Shown: in pieces, positions 22,123-31,982 of the stretch
Layout: each line of letters begins with the position of its first letter
How positions within the stretch are numbered: position 1 is the first letter of the stretch
Assembly: GCA_963829525.1 (NCBI GenBank)
Contig: CAWHIJ010000003.1
Coordinates: forward strand, 800,001 to 864,000
Length of the DNA: 64,000 bases
From: an uncultured Actinomycetota bacterium
GTDB lineage: Bacteria > Actinomycetota > Actinomycetes > JAHEKZ01
Direction of reading: 5' to 3'
Notes under the pieces: model-generated
Databases searched by the model: none
What the model saw: only the letters and a program-made list of their open reading frames with translations
Told to the model about the DNA's origin: nothing
Made by a program: the position numbers and the translations under genes

Positions 22123-23064
22123 CTAGCGGTCGCTCGTGGCGGGTGTCTGTTGGCGCTGCAGCCGCAACAAGGCCCTGACCCGGGACCCTCGGTCGGCGCT
22201 GACTTCTGCTCCACCGACCTCTGCGGCCCGGGCAGCAGCATGAGCGAGGTCGAGCGGCATCGAGCCCCTGGCCGACTCCTGCGAGGGCGCGAGGGCATCG
22301 GCCAGGCTCGGCACGATTGCCTCGGCGAAATGGCGATATCCGGTAGCGGACGGGTGGAACTGGTCGGGCCCGAACATAGTGTCGGGGTGGGCGTCGAACT
22401 CTGGCCCGAGGAGGTCAGCGAGAGCCACACTCCGGGCTCCGGCCGAGACAGCTGCCACGGTCTGGGCGGCTGCCAGTGAGCGGCTCCAGCGGCGGGCCAC
22501 CCACCGCAGCGGGTGCGGGATCGGTCGGATGGTTCCGAGGTCTGGGCAGGTGGCGACGACGACCTCGACGCCGTTGGCGCGTAGCCGGTCGATCGCGGAG
22601 GTGAGCAGTGCGACCGAACGACCAGGGGGCACTCGGTGCGTGACGTCGTTGGCGCCAATGCCGATGACTGCGGCGTCGGGCCAGTCGGGCTCGATCTGGT
22701 CGATCTGTGTCTGGAGGTCACCGCTCTGTGCGCCGACGACAGCGAAGCATCGCAACTGCACTTCCCGACCCAGCTCGACCGCGAGCCCAGCGGCTATTAC
22801 AGCGGCTGTGGTCTCCTCCGGGTGCTCGACGCCGAAGCCGGCGGCTCCAGAGTCCCCGAAGACGGCGAGCGCCACGGGAACCCCTCCGGTGCCGTACGTC
22901 CCGTCGGCGACCGGTGGTTTCGTCACCGGCTCGCCGATGCGGTGCCTGGCCAGGCGTGACTGGCCGAGCATGACGCCGTAGATGACGCCACCGGCTCCGA
23001 CCAGGCCCGCGCCACCGACGGCTGCGGCGGAGGCGATCCCTCGCGCTCGACTGGCTCGACTCAT
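22123..23064 (-). CDS. SGNH/GDSL hydrolase
   Basis: FGDSGAAGFG, IGANDV, DQFHPS; divergent from cbs. Confidence 0.9.
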   Translation of the reverse strand: MSRASRARGIASAAAVGGAGLVGAGGVIYGVMLGQSRLARHRIGEPVTKPPVADGTYGTGGVPVALAVFGDSGAAGFGVEHPEETTAAVIAAGLAVELGREVQLRCFAVVGAQSGDLQTQIDQIEPDWPDAAVIGIGANDVTHRVPPGRSVALLTSAIDRLRANGVEVVVATCPDLGTIRPIPHPLRWVARRWSRSLAAAQTVAAVSAGARSVALADLLGPEFDAHPDTMFGPDQFHPSATGYRHFAEAIVPSLADALAPSQESARGSMPLDLAHAAARAAEVGGAEVSADRGSRVRALLRLQRQQTPATSDR

Positions 23065-23211
23065 GGGTGTGCCTCCTCTCGCTCGCGCATCAGGCCTACT
23101 GACGTGGACCCTCTACGGTAGTCGACCGGCTGGTGGCGCGGGTTTACGCCCGGGAGCGAGATGACCTGAGCCAGAACTGGTACCAGCGGGGCCCGGTCGT
23201 AGGCTGCAGCC

Positions 23212-24579
23212 GTGGAAACTTACGACTCAGTGATCGAGCTCATCGGAAACACCCCGCTCGTGCGCCTGAACAGAGTCACGGAGGGCGCTGGCGCTCCGGT
23301 CTACGCCAAGGTCGAGTACTTCAACCCCGGCGGGTCGGTCAAGGACCGGATCGCGCTTCGGATGGTTGACGCCGCCGAGCGTGAAGGCCTCCTCAAGCCA
23401 GGCGGCACGATCGTCGAACCGACGTCAGGAAACACCGGAGTTGGCTTGGCCCTCGTGGCGCAGCAACGTGGCTACTCCTGTGTCTTTGTTGTCCCCGACA
23501 AGGTGAGTCAGGACAAGATCAATGTGCTCAAGGCGTACGGCGCCGACGTAGTCGTCTGCCCGACGGCAGTGCCACCTGAGCACCCCGACTCGTACTACAA
23601 CGTCAGTGACCGCTTGGCGGGCGAGATCCCTGGTGCATGGAAGCCAGACCAGTACGCGAACCAGAACAACCCCATGTCGCACTACGAGCAGACCGGCCCT
23701 GAGCTGTGGCGGCAGACCGATGGCCGTCTCACCCACTTCGTGGCCGGCGTCGGGACCGGCGGGACGATCACCGGCACTGGGCGCTATCTCAAGGAGGTCT
23801 CCGACGGGCGGGTGCAGATCGTGGGAGCCGACCCCGAGGGGTCGGTCTACTCCGGTGGCACCGGGCGCCCGTACCTCGTCGAAGGCGTTGGTGAGGACTT
23901 CTGGCCGACGACGTATGACCCCGCGCTCGTCGACGAGGTGATTGCGGTGAGCGACGCTGACTCGTTCGCCATGACGCGGCGCCTGGCTCGCGAGGAGGGC
24001 CTGTTGGTTGGCGGCTCGTGCGGCATGGCGGTGGTTGCTGCCGTCGAAGTCGCGCAGCGGCTCACTCCGGACGACATGGTCGTCGTGTTGTTGCCCGACT
24101 CCGGCCGCGGCTACCTGTCGAAAGTCTTCAACGACGAGTGGCTGGCGCAGTACGGGTTCCTGCCCGAGCGGGGCGAGAGCCAGTCGGTCGGCGACGTGCT
24201 CCGCACCAAGGGTGGGGACCTGCCAACCTTCGTGCACACCCACCCGAACGAGACACTGGCCGAGGCGATCGAAATCTTGCGCGAGTTCGGCGTTTCGCAG
24301 ATGCCGGTGGTCCGCGCCGAGCCACCCGTCATGGCAGCAGAGGTCGCCGGTTCGGTGATCGAGCGCGACCTGCTCGATGCCCTCTTCACCGGACGCGCCA
24401 AGCTCTCCGACCGTGTCGAGGACCAGATGTCGCCGGCGCTGCCAAGCGTTGGCGCCGGCGAGCCGGCATCAGCAGCAGTTTCTGCTCTGGAGAAGGCCGA
24501 TGCCGTGGTCGTCCTCGAGGACGGCAAGCCCATCGGCGTGCTCACCCGCCAAGACCTGCTGGGTTTCCTCGCCGCCTGA
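23212..24579 (+). CDS. cbs: Cystathionine beta-synthase with CBS domains
   Basis: NPGGSVKDR, EPTSGNTG, GTGGT, PDSGRGYLSK, C-terminal CBS pair. Confidence 0.95.
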   Translation: METYDSVIELIGNTPLVRLNRVTEGAGAPVYAKVEYFNPGGSVKDRIALRMVDAAEREGLLKPGGTIVEPTSGNTGVGLALVAQQRGYSCVFVVPDKVSQDKINVLKAYGADVVVCPTAVPPEHPDSYYNVSDRLAGEIPGAWKPDQYANQNNPMSHYEQTGPELWRQTDGRLTHFVAGVGTGGTITGTGRYLKEVSDGRVQIVGADPEGSVYSGGTGRPYLVEGVGEDFWPTTYDPALVDEVIAVSDADSFAMTRRLAREEGLLVGGSCGMAVVAAVEVAQRLTPDDMVVVLLPDSGRGYLSKVFNDEWLAQYGFLPERGESQSVGDVLRTKGGDLPTFVHTHPNETLAEAIEILREFGVSQMPVVRAEPPVMAAEVAGSVIERDLLDALFTGRAKLSDRVEDQMSPALPSVGAGEPASAAVSALEKADAVVVLEDGKPIGVLTRQDLLGFLAA

Positions 24580-24598
24580 ACAGGACGAGTCACCAGGT

Positions 24599-25603
24599 TC
24601 AGTCGCTGGTGTCCGAAGGGCTGGCGTCCGGAATGCGGATCCAGCTGGCCGGCGTCCAGCCGCCCCCGCAGTCGTTCTGGTCCACGGTTCCGCGCAGCAA
24701 GGTTGTTCCGGGATTGGAGTACTCAAGGTTGCCAAGGACGAGGAAGTCTCCCTCTTCGCATTGAGGCGACTCCGTCCTGCTGAAGAGCTCCAGCCCTGAC
24801 CCGCGGAACCTCCAGCGGCCGTTGTCGACCACCTCGGCTGAGTCGTCCGCGACGTAGTAGGTCCCGTCCTTGGCGATCTCCAGAAGGTAGCCGCCTCCTG
24901 CTTCGGCCATCCAGTCTCCCAGGAGGACCTTCTTGTCGGCCACCGGCCGCCAGCCACGTATGTCAGAGCTCGTGAAATCTGCGTAGCGCCCCTTGTCTGG
25001 CAGCACGTGCTCAAGCGTCATCGTTGTCGCCGCCGGGTCGCAGGTGCCGAACAGGGGATCGGAAAGGACAACGTTGACAAGTGAGCTTTCTGGGAGAGCC
25101 GCACGCATGCTGAACTCTGAGCTGACGCAGCGGGGCGCGTCCGTCGTCGTCACCGCGATCGTGTTGCCGTCGATCGAGTAGGTGCCGATCGTGACCGGGT
25201 CGGAGATGACAGTGCCTTGGTCGGAGAACTGCACCGTACCGTTGGGTTGGAACCGCACCATGACCTTTCCGTTGTCGACCCGCCAGAACCCGTTGAGGAG
25301 TTCCGGGGTGGGCGCAGCGCCCTTGAGAAAGTCCTCAAAGACGTCGACGGTCGGACCGGACCCAGCCGGCGTGACTTCCTGGTCCGTTCCGCCGAGCGAC
25401 TGATACGCCCCGATGCCCACGCCCGCGACCACCACGGCTGCGGCGGCCACCAGCGCGACGGTACGACGTCGGTCGCGTCGACGGTTGCTGTCGATGCGAC
25501 CTTTCACTGAGTTGCTGGCATCCAGCAGTTCTGTCTCGGTCACGACGATCCCTTTCGTTACGGCCGCGATGTCCTCTCGCAGCCGTTCTTCGATGCTGCT
25601 CAT
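24599..25603 (-). CDS. Single-pass membrane protein, probable anti-sigma factor
   Basis: MSSIEERLRE start overlapping sigma stop (ATGA); RRRDRRR then one TM; duplicated extracytoplasmic domain. Confidence 0.7.
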   Translation of the reverse strand: MSSIEERLREDIAAVTKGIVVTETELLDASNSVKGRIDSNRRRDRRRTVALVAAAAVVVAGVGIGAYQSLGGTDQEVTPAGSGPTVDVFEDFLKGAAPTPELLNGFWRVDNGKVMVRFQPNGTVQFSDQGTVISDPVTIGTYSIDGNTIAVTTTDAPRCVSSEFSMRAALPESSLVNVVLSDPLFGTCDPAATTMTLEHVLPDKGRYADFTSSDIRGWRPVADKKVLLGDWMAEAGGGYLLEIAKDGTYYVADDSAEVVDNGRWRFRGSGLELFSRTESPQCEEGDFLVLGNLEYSNPGTTLLRGTVDQNDCGGGWTPASWIRIPDASPSDTSD

Positions 25604-26172
25604 CGGGCCTCCTCGATTCGTTCGTGCAGGGTCTGCAGTCCGCGATGGGCATGGGTCTTGACTGACCCCTCGCTGATCCCCAGCAGCTGGGCGGTCTCCG
25701 CGATTGACATCTCCAGGACCAACCGACACGCAAGCACCTCGCGTTGTCGCCGGGGCAAGGTCCGCATCACTGCGACCAGCGATCCGACCCCGTCACGGCT
25801 CACGATCGTGTCTTCGGGGCTTTCGTGCTGCTCTCGAACGAGCATGAGCGGCCGAGAGGCCTTTTGTGTGGCCTGGCGGCGCACCCAGGACCGACAGCGG
25901 TTGAGCACAGCCGAACGGAGATACCTCTCAGCGTCCTCGGCGTCTCGCAGTGATCGCCAGTTGCGGTAGAGGGCAGCGAAGGCCTCCTGCACGGCGTCCT
26001 CAGCGGCTTCGCGACTGCCCACCATGACCACGCCGAGGCGAAGCATCGCGAGGTAGTGCCGACGAAACAGGGCGTCCACCACTTCGCGGCTGTTATCCGC
26101 AGACGCATCGCTGTGTGGACCGGCAGACCAGTCGCCTGCCGAGAGAATGTCCCTCGATGCCTGGTTCGTCAT
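25600..26172 (-). CDS. ECF sigma factor (Streptomyces SigE/ECF39-like)
   Basis: AEDAVQEAF, YLRSAVLNRCRS, LPRRQREVL, ETAQLLGISEGSVKTHAHRGL. Confidence 0.92.
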   Translation of the reverse strand: MTNQASRDILSAGDWSAGPHSDASADNSREVVDALFRRHYLAMLRLGVVMVGSREAAEDAVQEAFAALYRNWRSLRDAEDAERYLRSAVLNRCRSWVRRQATQKASRPLMLVREQHESPEDTIVSRDGVGSLVAVMRTLPRRQREVLACRLVLEMSIAETAQLLGISEGSVKTHAHRGLQTLHERIEEAR

Positions 26173-26180
26173 GCCTGAGA

Positions 26181-26207
26181 GTCGCCCGACCACCCGATGA
26201 GGTTGAC
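26181..26207 (-). promoter_or_regulatory. Candidate autoregulatory ECF promoter CAAC-N17-CGAC
   Basis: Minus strand GTCAACC...CGAC, ending 8 nt before ATG 26172; resembles the SigE-type CAAC-N17-CGTC motif. Confidence 0.5.
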
Positions 26208-26292
26208 ACATCCGCGTCGAAAGTGTGGTTGTGGGCAGGTCGATCGATACTGTTCAGTCGGCCGCAGCCCTCGACAAGAACTCAGGGGGTCG

Positions 26293-26637
26293 CTACTGCG
26301 GGCCGATCTGGGTTTCGCGGCTCAAGGGCGACGCGCCTTCTGCGCCCTTCAGCTCGACGAAGATGACGTGCGTCGGTGTGTCACCGATGTTCTCTCCGTA
26401 GTGCGTCTGGGAGGGCAGCCAGCCCACCGTGCCCGCTTCGATGTCAACCTCGCGCTGTGTATCTCCCGACGCAAGGCGACGTCTGAACGATGAGAGCGTG
26501 TACATGACGCTGTCCGGATGCCCGTGTGGGGTCGTGCGGTCGCCTGGCTGATCGCGGTACTCGAGCACTCGCACCCGGTCGTTTTCGAAGATCACCGAGT
26601 AGTGGTCCGGATTCGTGGTCGCGGGATCAAGGTCCAT
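26293..26637 (-). CDS. Small cupin-fold cytoplasmic protein
   Basis: DPATTNPDHYSVIFENDRVRVLEY, HGHPD, HYGENIG, FVELK. Confidence 0.85.
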   Translation of the reverse strand: MDLDPATTNPDHYSVIFENDRVRVLEYRDQPGDRTTPHGHPDSVMYTLSSFRRRLASGDTQREVDIEAGTVGWLPSQTHYGENIGDTPTHVIFVELKGAEGASPLSRETQIGPQ

Positions 26638-26719
26638 TCGCACAGCGTCTCACTCAGAATCCGATTTGGTAGGCGTTCTTCAAACCACGCCCCATCGGCG
26701 CTGACTCGATGGGCTGAGC

Positions 26720-26771
26720 TCAGGCCACAGGGTATGCCACTCCGGTGTTGGCGTGGTGGTCGTCGCCGTTG
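26720..26771 (-). pseudogene. Remnant copy B of the msrA 3' end
   Basis: Reads NGDDHHANTGVAYPVA* vs msr[18 protein letters not shown]; 15 bp CCGGTGTTGGCGTGG identical at 26742 and 29092. Confidence 0.8.
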
Positions 26772-26793
26772 AAGACGCACTAACACCGCCCGA

Positions 26794-27150
26794 TCACGAG
26801 ACTTCCGGCATCGACCCGAAGCGGCGAACCTCCTGGGGCCAGCCGCACGCTCCCGCTAACTTACCGGCCCACATCTTGGCGGCATTGTTGTCGGCAACGT
26901 CCACGATCGTGAGTCCGCCTAGAACCTCTTTGGTCTCGGCGAAAGGTCCATCGGTGACGATCAACGAGCCGCTCGTCGCGTCAGCGCTGAAGACCTCGGC
27001 TTCCTCCTCCAGCCCACCGGCGAACACGTAGACGCCAGCAGCCTTCATCTCGTCCACGACCGCCATAGCGAGCGGCGCGCGCCCACGGAACCACTCCTCG
27101 GTGTGTTCGCCGACCCACTGTTGGTTGAAGTAGATGAGGTACTCGGTCAT
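26794..27150 (-). CDS. YciI family (DGPF) protein
   Basis: VTDGPFAETKEVLGG, EVRRF; RBS AGGAGG. Confidence 0.9.
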   Translation of the reverse strand: MTEYLIYFNQQWVGEHTEEWFRGRAPLAMAVVDEMKAAGVYVFAGGLEEEAEVFSADATSGSLIVTDGPFAETKEVLGGLTIVDVADNNAAKMWAGKLAGACGWPQEVRRFGSMPEVS

Positions 27151-27229
27151 GAAACTCCTCCTGCCATGGCGAGGCAGGGGAGTCCGCCTCCACCTCCTCG
27201 ACGAACGGCGAGTGGCGAATCCGCCACCA

Positions 27230-27305
27230 TTATGCCGGGAAGTCTACGCCGGTATGGGCGTAGCAGACGTAGCCGTTCGGCACCTTCGCCAAGTGCTGCT
27301 GGTGG
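27230..27305 (-). pseudogene. Remnant copy A of the msrA 3' end
   Basis: [24 protein letters not shown] vs msr[27 protein letters not shown]. Confidence 0.85.
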
Positions 27306-27309
27306 CAGA

Positions 27310-27432
27310 ACTCACTGGCGTCTACAAGAAGGGAAGCGACAAGCGGGGCCGCGATGAAGACGGATTCGATGATCCTGGCGCCGACGTATGCGATGGCGAG
27401 GTCCTCGTTTTGCCGTCTGACGACCGGGTGGC
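27310..27432 (-). pseudogene. Internal fragment of a DUF4386-like membrane protein
   Basis: HPVVRRQNEDLAIAYVGARIIESVFIA; no start; runs in frame into msrA remnant A. Confidence 0.55.
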
Positions 27433-27525
27433 TTGACGCTGGTTCAGGCTTCCGACGAAACCGGCATATCCAAGAGCACGCTGTCGCGATTGGAGAACGG
27501 TCAGCGGCGGCCAACCCTTGAATTA
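27433..27525 (+). pseudogene. XRE-family HTH fragment
   Basis: LTLVQASDETGISKSTLSRLENGQRRPTLEL, truncated after the HTH. Confidence 0.7.
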
Positions 27526-27750
27526 GGCCGCACTGGTTCGGGCGCACTGGTGCCGGCTCGGTCGAACTGATCAGCATCTTCAGCCGTCCGGGCGAGCAGT
27601 TGAATGTCCAGCGAACCGCGGCAGTTGCCCCCCAAGCCGACTGAGGAGGCGTCGCTTGAACGTGAACGTCGTAGGGTGAGCACGTAGCGCCGACGGAGGT
27701 AGGGCGACCACATGCACCGTCGCGCGACTTCTGAGTCTGGAGACGACTAG

Positions 27751-28740
27751 ATGAAAGCCTGGGTGTACCGCGAGTATGGACCGCCGGAGAACCTCAGCTT
27801 CGAGGATATCGAGAGGTCACCACTAGCCAGCAATGAGATAGCGATCCGGGTGCGAGCCAGCTCCCTGAATGCGGCCGACTGGCACATCATGCTCGCAGAT
27901 CCATTCCTCGCACGCATCGCCGTCGGACTGCGCAAGCCACGGAACCCGATGATCATCGGCTCCGATGTTGCAGGGATCGTCGAGTCCGTCGGCAAAGACA
28001 TCGTGAGATTCGCACCAGGCGACTCGGTCTACGCCGAGACGATGATGATTGGCGGATGCGCAGAAGTCATTGCGGTGCCAGAAGACCGGGTCGGCCATAT
28101 GCCGAGCGGCACTTCGTTCGAGCAGGCCGCGGCCGTCCCGATGGCGGGGGTGACAGCACTCGTTGGAGTTCGTGCAGGAGGCCCGATTTCACCAGGACAA
28201 ACAGTTCTCGTCAATGGTGCATCGGGAGGTGTGGGCACGTTCGCCGTTCAAATCGCACATGCCCTCGGGGGCGAGGTAACAGCGGTCTGTCGTACTGACG
28301 CCGTGGAAATGGTTCGATCGCTCGGAGCCAAGGAGGTCATCGACTACACCGTGGAGGAAGCTGTCGACGCCGGTCGGACCTACGACCTTGTTGTCAACAT
28401 CGGAGGTACACATTCCCTGAAGGCACTGCGAAGGACACTCAACCCCCGCGGCGCCCTGGCCGCCGTCGGTGGTTCTCAGCGTGGTGGTTTGCTCGGACCG
28501 GGCTCGGTCGCGGTGCGCGGCGCGATGCTCTCACCGTTTACTTCGCAACGCCTTGTCAAAGTCGAGGGGAAGGTAACCAGCGCTGACTTGGCGACGCTTG
28601 CCTACATGATCGAGTCGGGTGACGTAACGCCGGTGATCGATCGCATTTTCGCCTGGTCGGAGACCCCCGACGCCATGCGCTACCTGGAGACGGGTCATCC
28701 GAAGGGCAAGATTGTGATCATCGTCGGCACAGGCACCTAG
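27751..28740 (+). CDS. NAD(P)-dependent alcohol dehydrogenase/quinone oxidoreductase (MDR family)
   Basis: SLNAADW, GSDVAG, VNGASGGVG, PVIDR, GHPKGKIVI. Confidence 0.9.
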   Translation: MKAWVYREYGPPENLSFEDIERSPLASNEIAIRVRASSLNAADWHIMLADPFLARIAVGLRKPRNPMIIGSDVAGIVESVGKDIVRFAPGDSVYAETMMIGGCAEVIAVPEDRVGHMPSGTSFEQAAAVPMAGVTALVGVRAGGPISPGQTVLVNGASGGVGTFAVQIAHALGGEVTAVCRTDAVEMVRSLGAKEVIDYTVEEAVDAGRTYDLVVNIGGTHSLKALRRTLNPRGALAAVGGSQRGGLLGPGSVAVRGAMLSPFTSQRLVKVEGKVTSADLATLAYMIESGDVTPVIDRIFAWSETPDAMRYLETGHPKGKIVIIVGTGT

Positions 28741-29026
28741 TCGCCCAGCCGGCGCGCCACATGGTTGTTCGGGTCGGCGCCGAGAGTCGCCGACGGCAAT
28801 GGCGTCGATGGGCTCGTTAAAGCCGAGACAGTTGGGCTTAGCGCTGAGCATGCTGTTGGAGAGTGGGTGGGTCCACGTCTCGCCAACCGCTAGTTCCAAT
28901 AGGCAGACGACAGGCGCAGCGAGCTGTCATTGCTCGGCTCTTCTCGAAACCAGTCGGGAAGGTATTCGCTGACTTTCTGGGGTACCAAAGAATCGCGTAT
29001 CTGGGCCCTGCGCGAAGGCGGTTGGG

Positions 29027-29045
29027 AGGGCAGCGAGGCTGCCCT
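29027..29045 (-). terminator. Hairpin downstream of msrA
   Basis: AGGGCAGC-N3-GCTGCCCT. Confidence 0.4.
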
Positions 29046-29066
29046 GCGGTTGATCGGTTGGGGCGT

Positions 29067-29711
29067 CTAGTCCCCGGTGGGGTAGGGAACCCCGGTGTTG
29101 GCGTGGCAGTCGTAGCCGTTGGGTACTTTTGCAAGGTACTGCTGGTGGTGTTCTTCGGCGTAGTAGAAGGCGGGGGCCGGCAGCATCTCGGTGGTGATCG
29201 CACCGAGACCGACCTTGGCCAGTGCCTGTTGGTAGACGTCGCGAGAGGCCTCGGCGGCTGCCCGCTGGTCCTCATTCGTCCAGTACAGCGTTGAGCGGTA
29301 CTGAGATCCGAGATCATTGCCCTGACGGAAGCCCTGGGTCGGGTCGTGGGTCTCCCAGAACACCTTGAGGAGCTCTGCGTAGGAGACGACTGCGGGGTCG
29401 TAGACGACGCGGACGGCCTCGGTGTGGCCTGTCATCCCGGTGCAGGTCTCGTCGTAGGTGGGGTTCGGGGTAATGCCGCCTTGGTAGCCGACAGCGGTGG
29501 TGTAGACCCCAGGCATCTGCCAGAAGCGTCGCTCGGCGCCCCAGAAGCACCCCATGCCGAAGAAGGCCTCAGCCATGCCGTCGGGGACCTTGCCGGCGAT
29601 CGGGGTGCCCAGCACCGCGTGCCGCTCTGGCACTGAGAAACCCCTCTCGGATCGGCCCGGGAGGGCCTGCTGGGGGGTGGGTAACGTCGCCGCTGTACGT
29701 CCGAAGATCAC
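29067..29711 (-). CDS. msrA: Peptide methionine sulfoxide reductase A
   Basis: [41 protein letters not shown]; GTG start with AGGAG. Confidence 0.96.
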   Translation of the reverse strand: MIFGRTAATLPTPQQALPGRSERGFSVPERHAVLGTPIAGKVPDGMAEAFFGMGCFWGAERRFWQMPGVYTTAVGYQGGITPNPTYDETCTGMTGHTEAVRVVYDPAVVSYAELLKVFWETHDPTQGFRQGNDLGSQYRSTLYWTNEDQRAAAEASRDVYQQALAKVGLGAITTEMLPAPAFYYAEEHHQQYLAKVPNGYDCHANTGVPYPTGD

Positions 29712-29739
29712 CTGGTGCTCCTGTCGTTGACCTGTTTGG

Positions 29740-29766
29740 CTCAACCAACACCCCCCGCCTGCCGAT
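29740..29766 (+). promoter_or_regulatory. Sigma28 (FliA/WhiG)-like promoter CTCA-N17-GCCGAT
   Basis: CTCA 29740-29743, GCCGAT 29761-29766, upstream of the MCP RBS GGAGG. Confidence 0.55.
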
Positions 29767-29807
29767 TCCCTCCGAGACAAATCTCTTGGGCGTCACGGAG
29801 GGTAACG

Positions 29808-31961
29808 ATGCGGAGCATGCGCGTGCCTGCGCTGGTGCTCGGCGTCCTCATGCTCTCGTCCGCGGCTGGTCTGGCCTACCAAGCGACGCGGACGGCTAGC
29901 GACTCTGCCAGCGCCCAGAACACCGAGCTGCAGACAGCTGCTGCCAACACCGAGGTGCTCCTCACCGCTCAGTTCGAGCAGGCCGGCGCCATCGGCCTGC
30001 TGACGGCCCAAGATGAGGTGTTCGTCGACTTCTTCAAGGCACCGGGCAGCACGGCAACCAAGGTCGCGACGGACGATCAGTCCCGACAAGGCATCGTCGA
30101 CCTTCTGGCGTACCAGCAGACGCTGTTTCCCGGATCGATCGCGCGCTCCGGCTACGTTGACACGAAGAGCGGCCAAGAGATCGCCGAGGTCGTCAACGGT
30201 TTCCCGTCGCCGCCGATCACCCTGGAGAGTGGCGCCGACAAGAACCTGCCCTTCTTTGCTGACGTTATGTCGTTGCCGACCGGCTGGCTCTACCAGTCGA
30301 GCCCCTACTTCTCGAAGGAAACCAACGAGTGGGTGGTAGCCAACGGCACGACGGTGATGTTCGACCGTGACAAGCGCGGCTTGATGTATTTCGAGATCCG
30401 GCTGGATGCCCTGCGAGGAGAAGTTCTTGCCAGGGACGGAAACGCCACGATGCGTGCGGTCACCGAGCGCACCGGACTTGTCGTGATCGACAGCCGTTCG
30501 ACGCAGGTGTCAGCTACCGACTTCGGTCAGACCGAGGACCAGACCTTCACAGGTGAGATCCGCAGTTTTGGTGCCTCGGGTCTGACGACGATCGGTGACG
30601 AGCGCGTTGCCTACGTGCGCATGGAGCCGTCGGAGACCCTGCAAATCGTCAACGACAACGACTGGTTCATCACGGCGTCGGAGCCTGTGGTCGTGACCGG
30701 GCTGGCCGCAGCTGTATCGCCACTGCTCATCGCCTTGGTCGCCCTTGGGGTCCCCTTGGTCATCTACGCCTTCGTGTCCTACGTGAGGCTCTCAAAGAGA
30801 AAGCGACGGGACGCCCTCGAGACGAGCGCAGAGCGCGACCACCTGAATGCTCGACTCACCGATTTGTCTGAAGCCCTTGACCAAGCGGCCGCGGGCAACC
30901 TCGCGGTCAGCCTGCCGATCGACTTCGACGACGAGCGGCTCGCCGTACTGGCGCATTCGTTCGAGAACACGCTGGGACGCCTGCGGGAGTTGGTCGCTCA
31001 GGCCCAGGGACACGGCGTTCAGCTCGCCCAGGCTGCTAGCCAGATGCGCGCGACCGCACAAGAGCAGGCCGGGTCCGCGGGTGAGCAGTCTGCGGTCGTG
31101 ACGGAGACGACGGCGACGATTGAGGAGTTGGCGGCGACGGCGGCTCAGATTGCTGAGACGGCTGGGTCGGTGGCTCGGGTTGCGGCTGAGACGTTGGCGT
31201 TGACTGATGAGGGTCGGGGTGCGGTGGCTGAGTCGGTTGAGGCGATGGATCAGATTCGGTCGGTGGTGGATCAGATTGGGGTGTCGTCTGCGGGGTTGGG
31301 GGACAAGATCACGCAGGTGGGTCAGATTTTGTCGTTGATTGATGAGTTGTCTGAGCAGACGAATTTGTTGGCGTTGAATGCGGCGATTGAGGCGGCTCGT
31401 GCGGGTGAGCATGGGCGTGGGTTTGCGGTGGTGGCTGCTGAGGTGCGGAAGTTGGCGGAGCGGGCTCAGGAGTCGACGAGCCAGATTCAGGGGATTGTGA
31501 CTGAGATTCAGGCGCATACGCGGTCGACGGTGTTGGCGTCTGAGGAGGGTGCTCGGGCTGCTGAGCGTGGGTCGGGTAAGGCTGCTGGTGCGGTGGTGGC
31601 GTTGGATCGGATTGCGGCGATGGTTGATGAGGCGACCGGTGCTGCTGAGGAGATCAGTATTGCGACGCAGCAGCAGCGGTCGGCGTCTGATCAGGTGGTG
31701 GTCGCGATGACCCAGGTCTCCGAAGTCTCCCGGCAGTACGCGACGGGCTCCAAGCAGACAGCCGCAGCGTCGTCGCAGATCGCGACCCTTGCGGCGGCCA
31801 TGCAGGACTCGATCTCCACATTCCAGGTGGAGGGTTCGGGCGACGTTGTCGGAAACGGGCCCTTCATCGACCAGTACGCCGATGTCGATGCGGGCTCGGA
31901 CCCGGACTACCAAGGTGAAGAAGTGCCCGCTGCCCAGGACGAGGGTGTCTATCGGCTCTAG
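29808..31961 (+). CDS. Methyl-accepting chemotaxis protein (TM-extracellular sensor-TM-HAMP-like-signalling domain)
   Basis: [37 protein letters not shown] hairpin tip; two TM segments. Confidence 0.94.
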   Translation: MRSMRVPALVLGVLMLSSAAGLAYQATRTASDSASAQNTELQTAAANTEVLLTAQFEQAGAIGLLTAQDEVFVDFFKAPGSTATKVATDDQSRQGIVDLLAYQQTLFPGSIARSGYVDTKSGQEIAEVVNGFPSPPITLESGADKNLPFFADVMSLPTGWLYQSSPYFSKETNEWVVANGTTVMFDRDKRGLMYFEIRLDALRGEVLARDGNATMRAVTERTGLVVIDSRSTQVSATDFGQTEDQTFTGEIRSFGASGLTTIGDERVAYVRMEPSETLQIVNDNDWFITASEPVVVTGLAAAVSPLLIALVALGVPLVIYAFVSYVRLSKRKRRDALETSAERDHLNARLTDLSEALDQAAAGNLAVSLPIDFDDERLAVLAHSFENTLGRLRELVAQAQGHGVQLAQAASQMRATAQEQAGSAGEQSAVVTETTATIEELAATAAQIAETAGSVARVAAETLALTDEGRGAVAESVEAMDQIRSVVDQIGVSSAGLGDKITQVGQILSLIDELSEQTNLLALNAAIEAARAGEHGRGFAVVAAEVRKLAERAQESTSQIQGIVTEIQAHTRSTVLASEEGARAAERGSGKAAGAVVALDRIAAMVDEATGAAEEISIATQQQRSASDQVVVAMTQVSEVSRQYATGSKQTAAASSQIATLAAAMQDSISTFQVEGSGDVVGNGPFIDQYADVDAGSDPDYQGEEVPAAQDEGVYRL

Positions 31962-31982
31962 GCGGGGGTTAGGGTCACCTGT

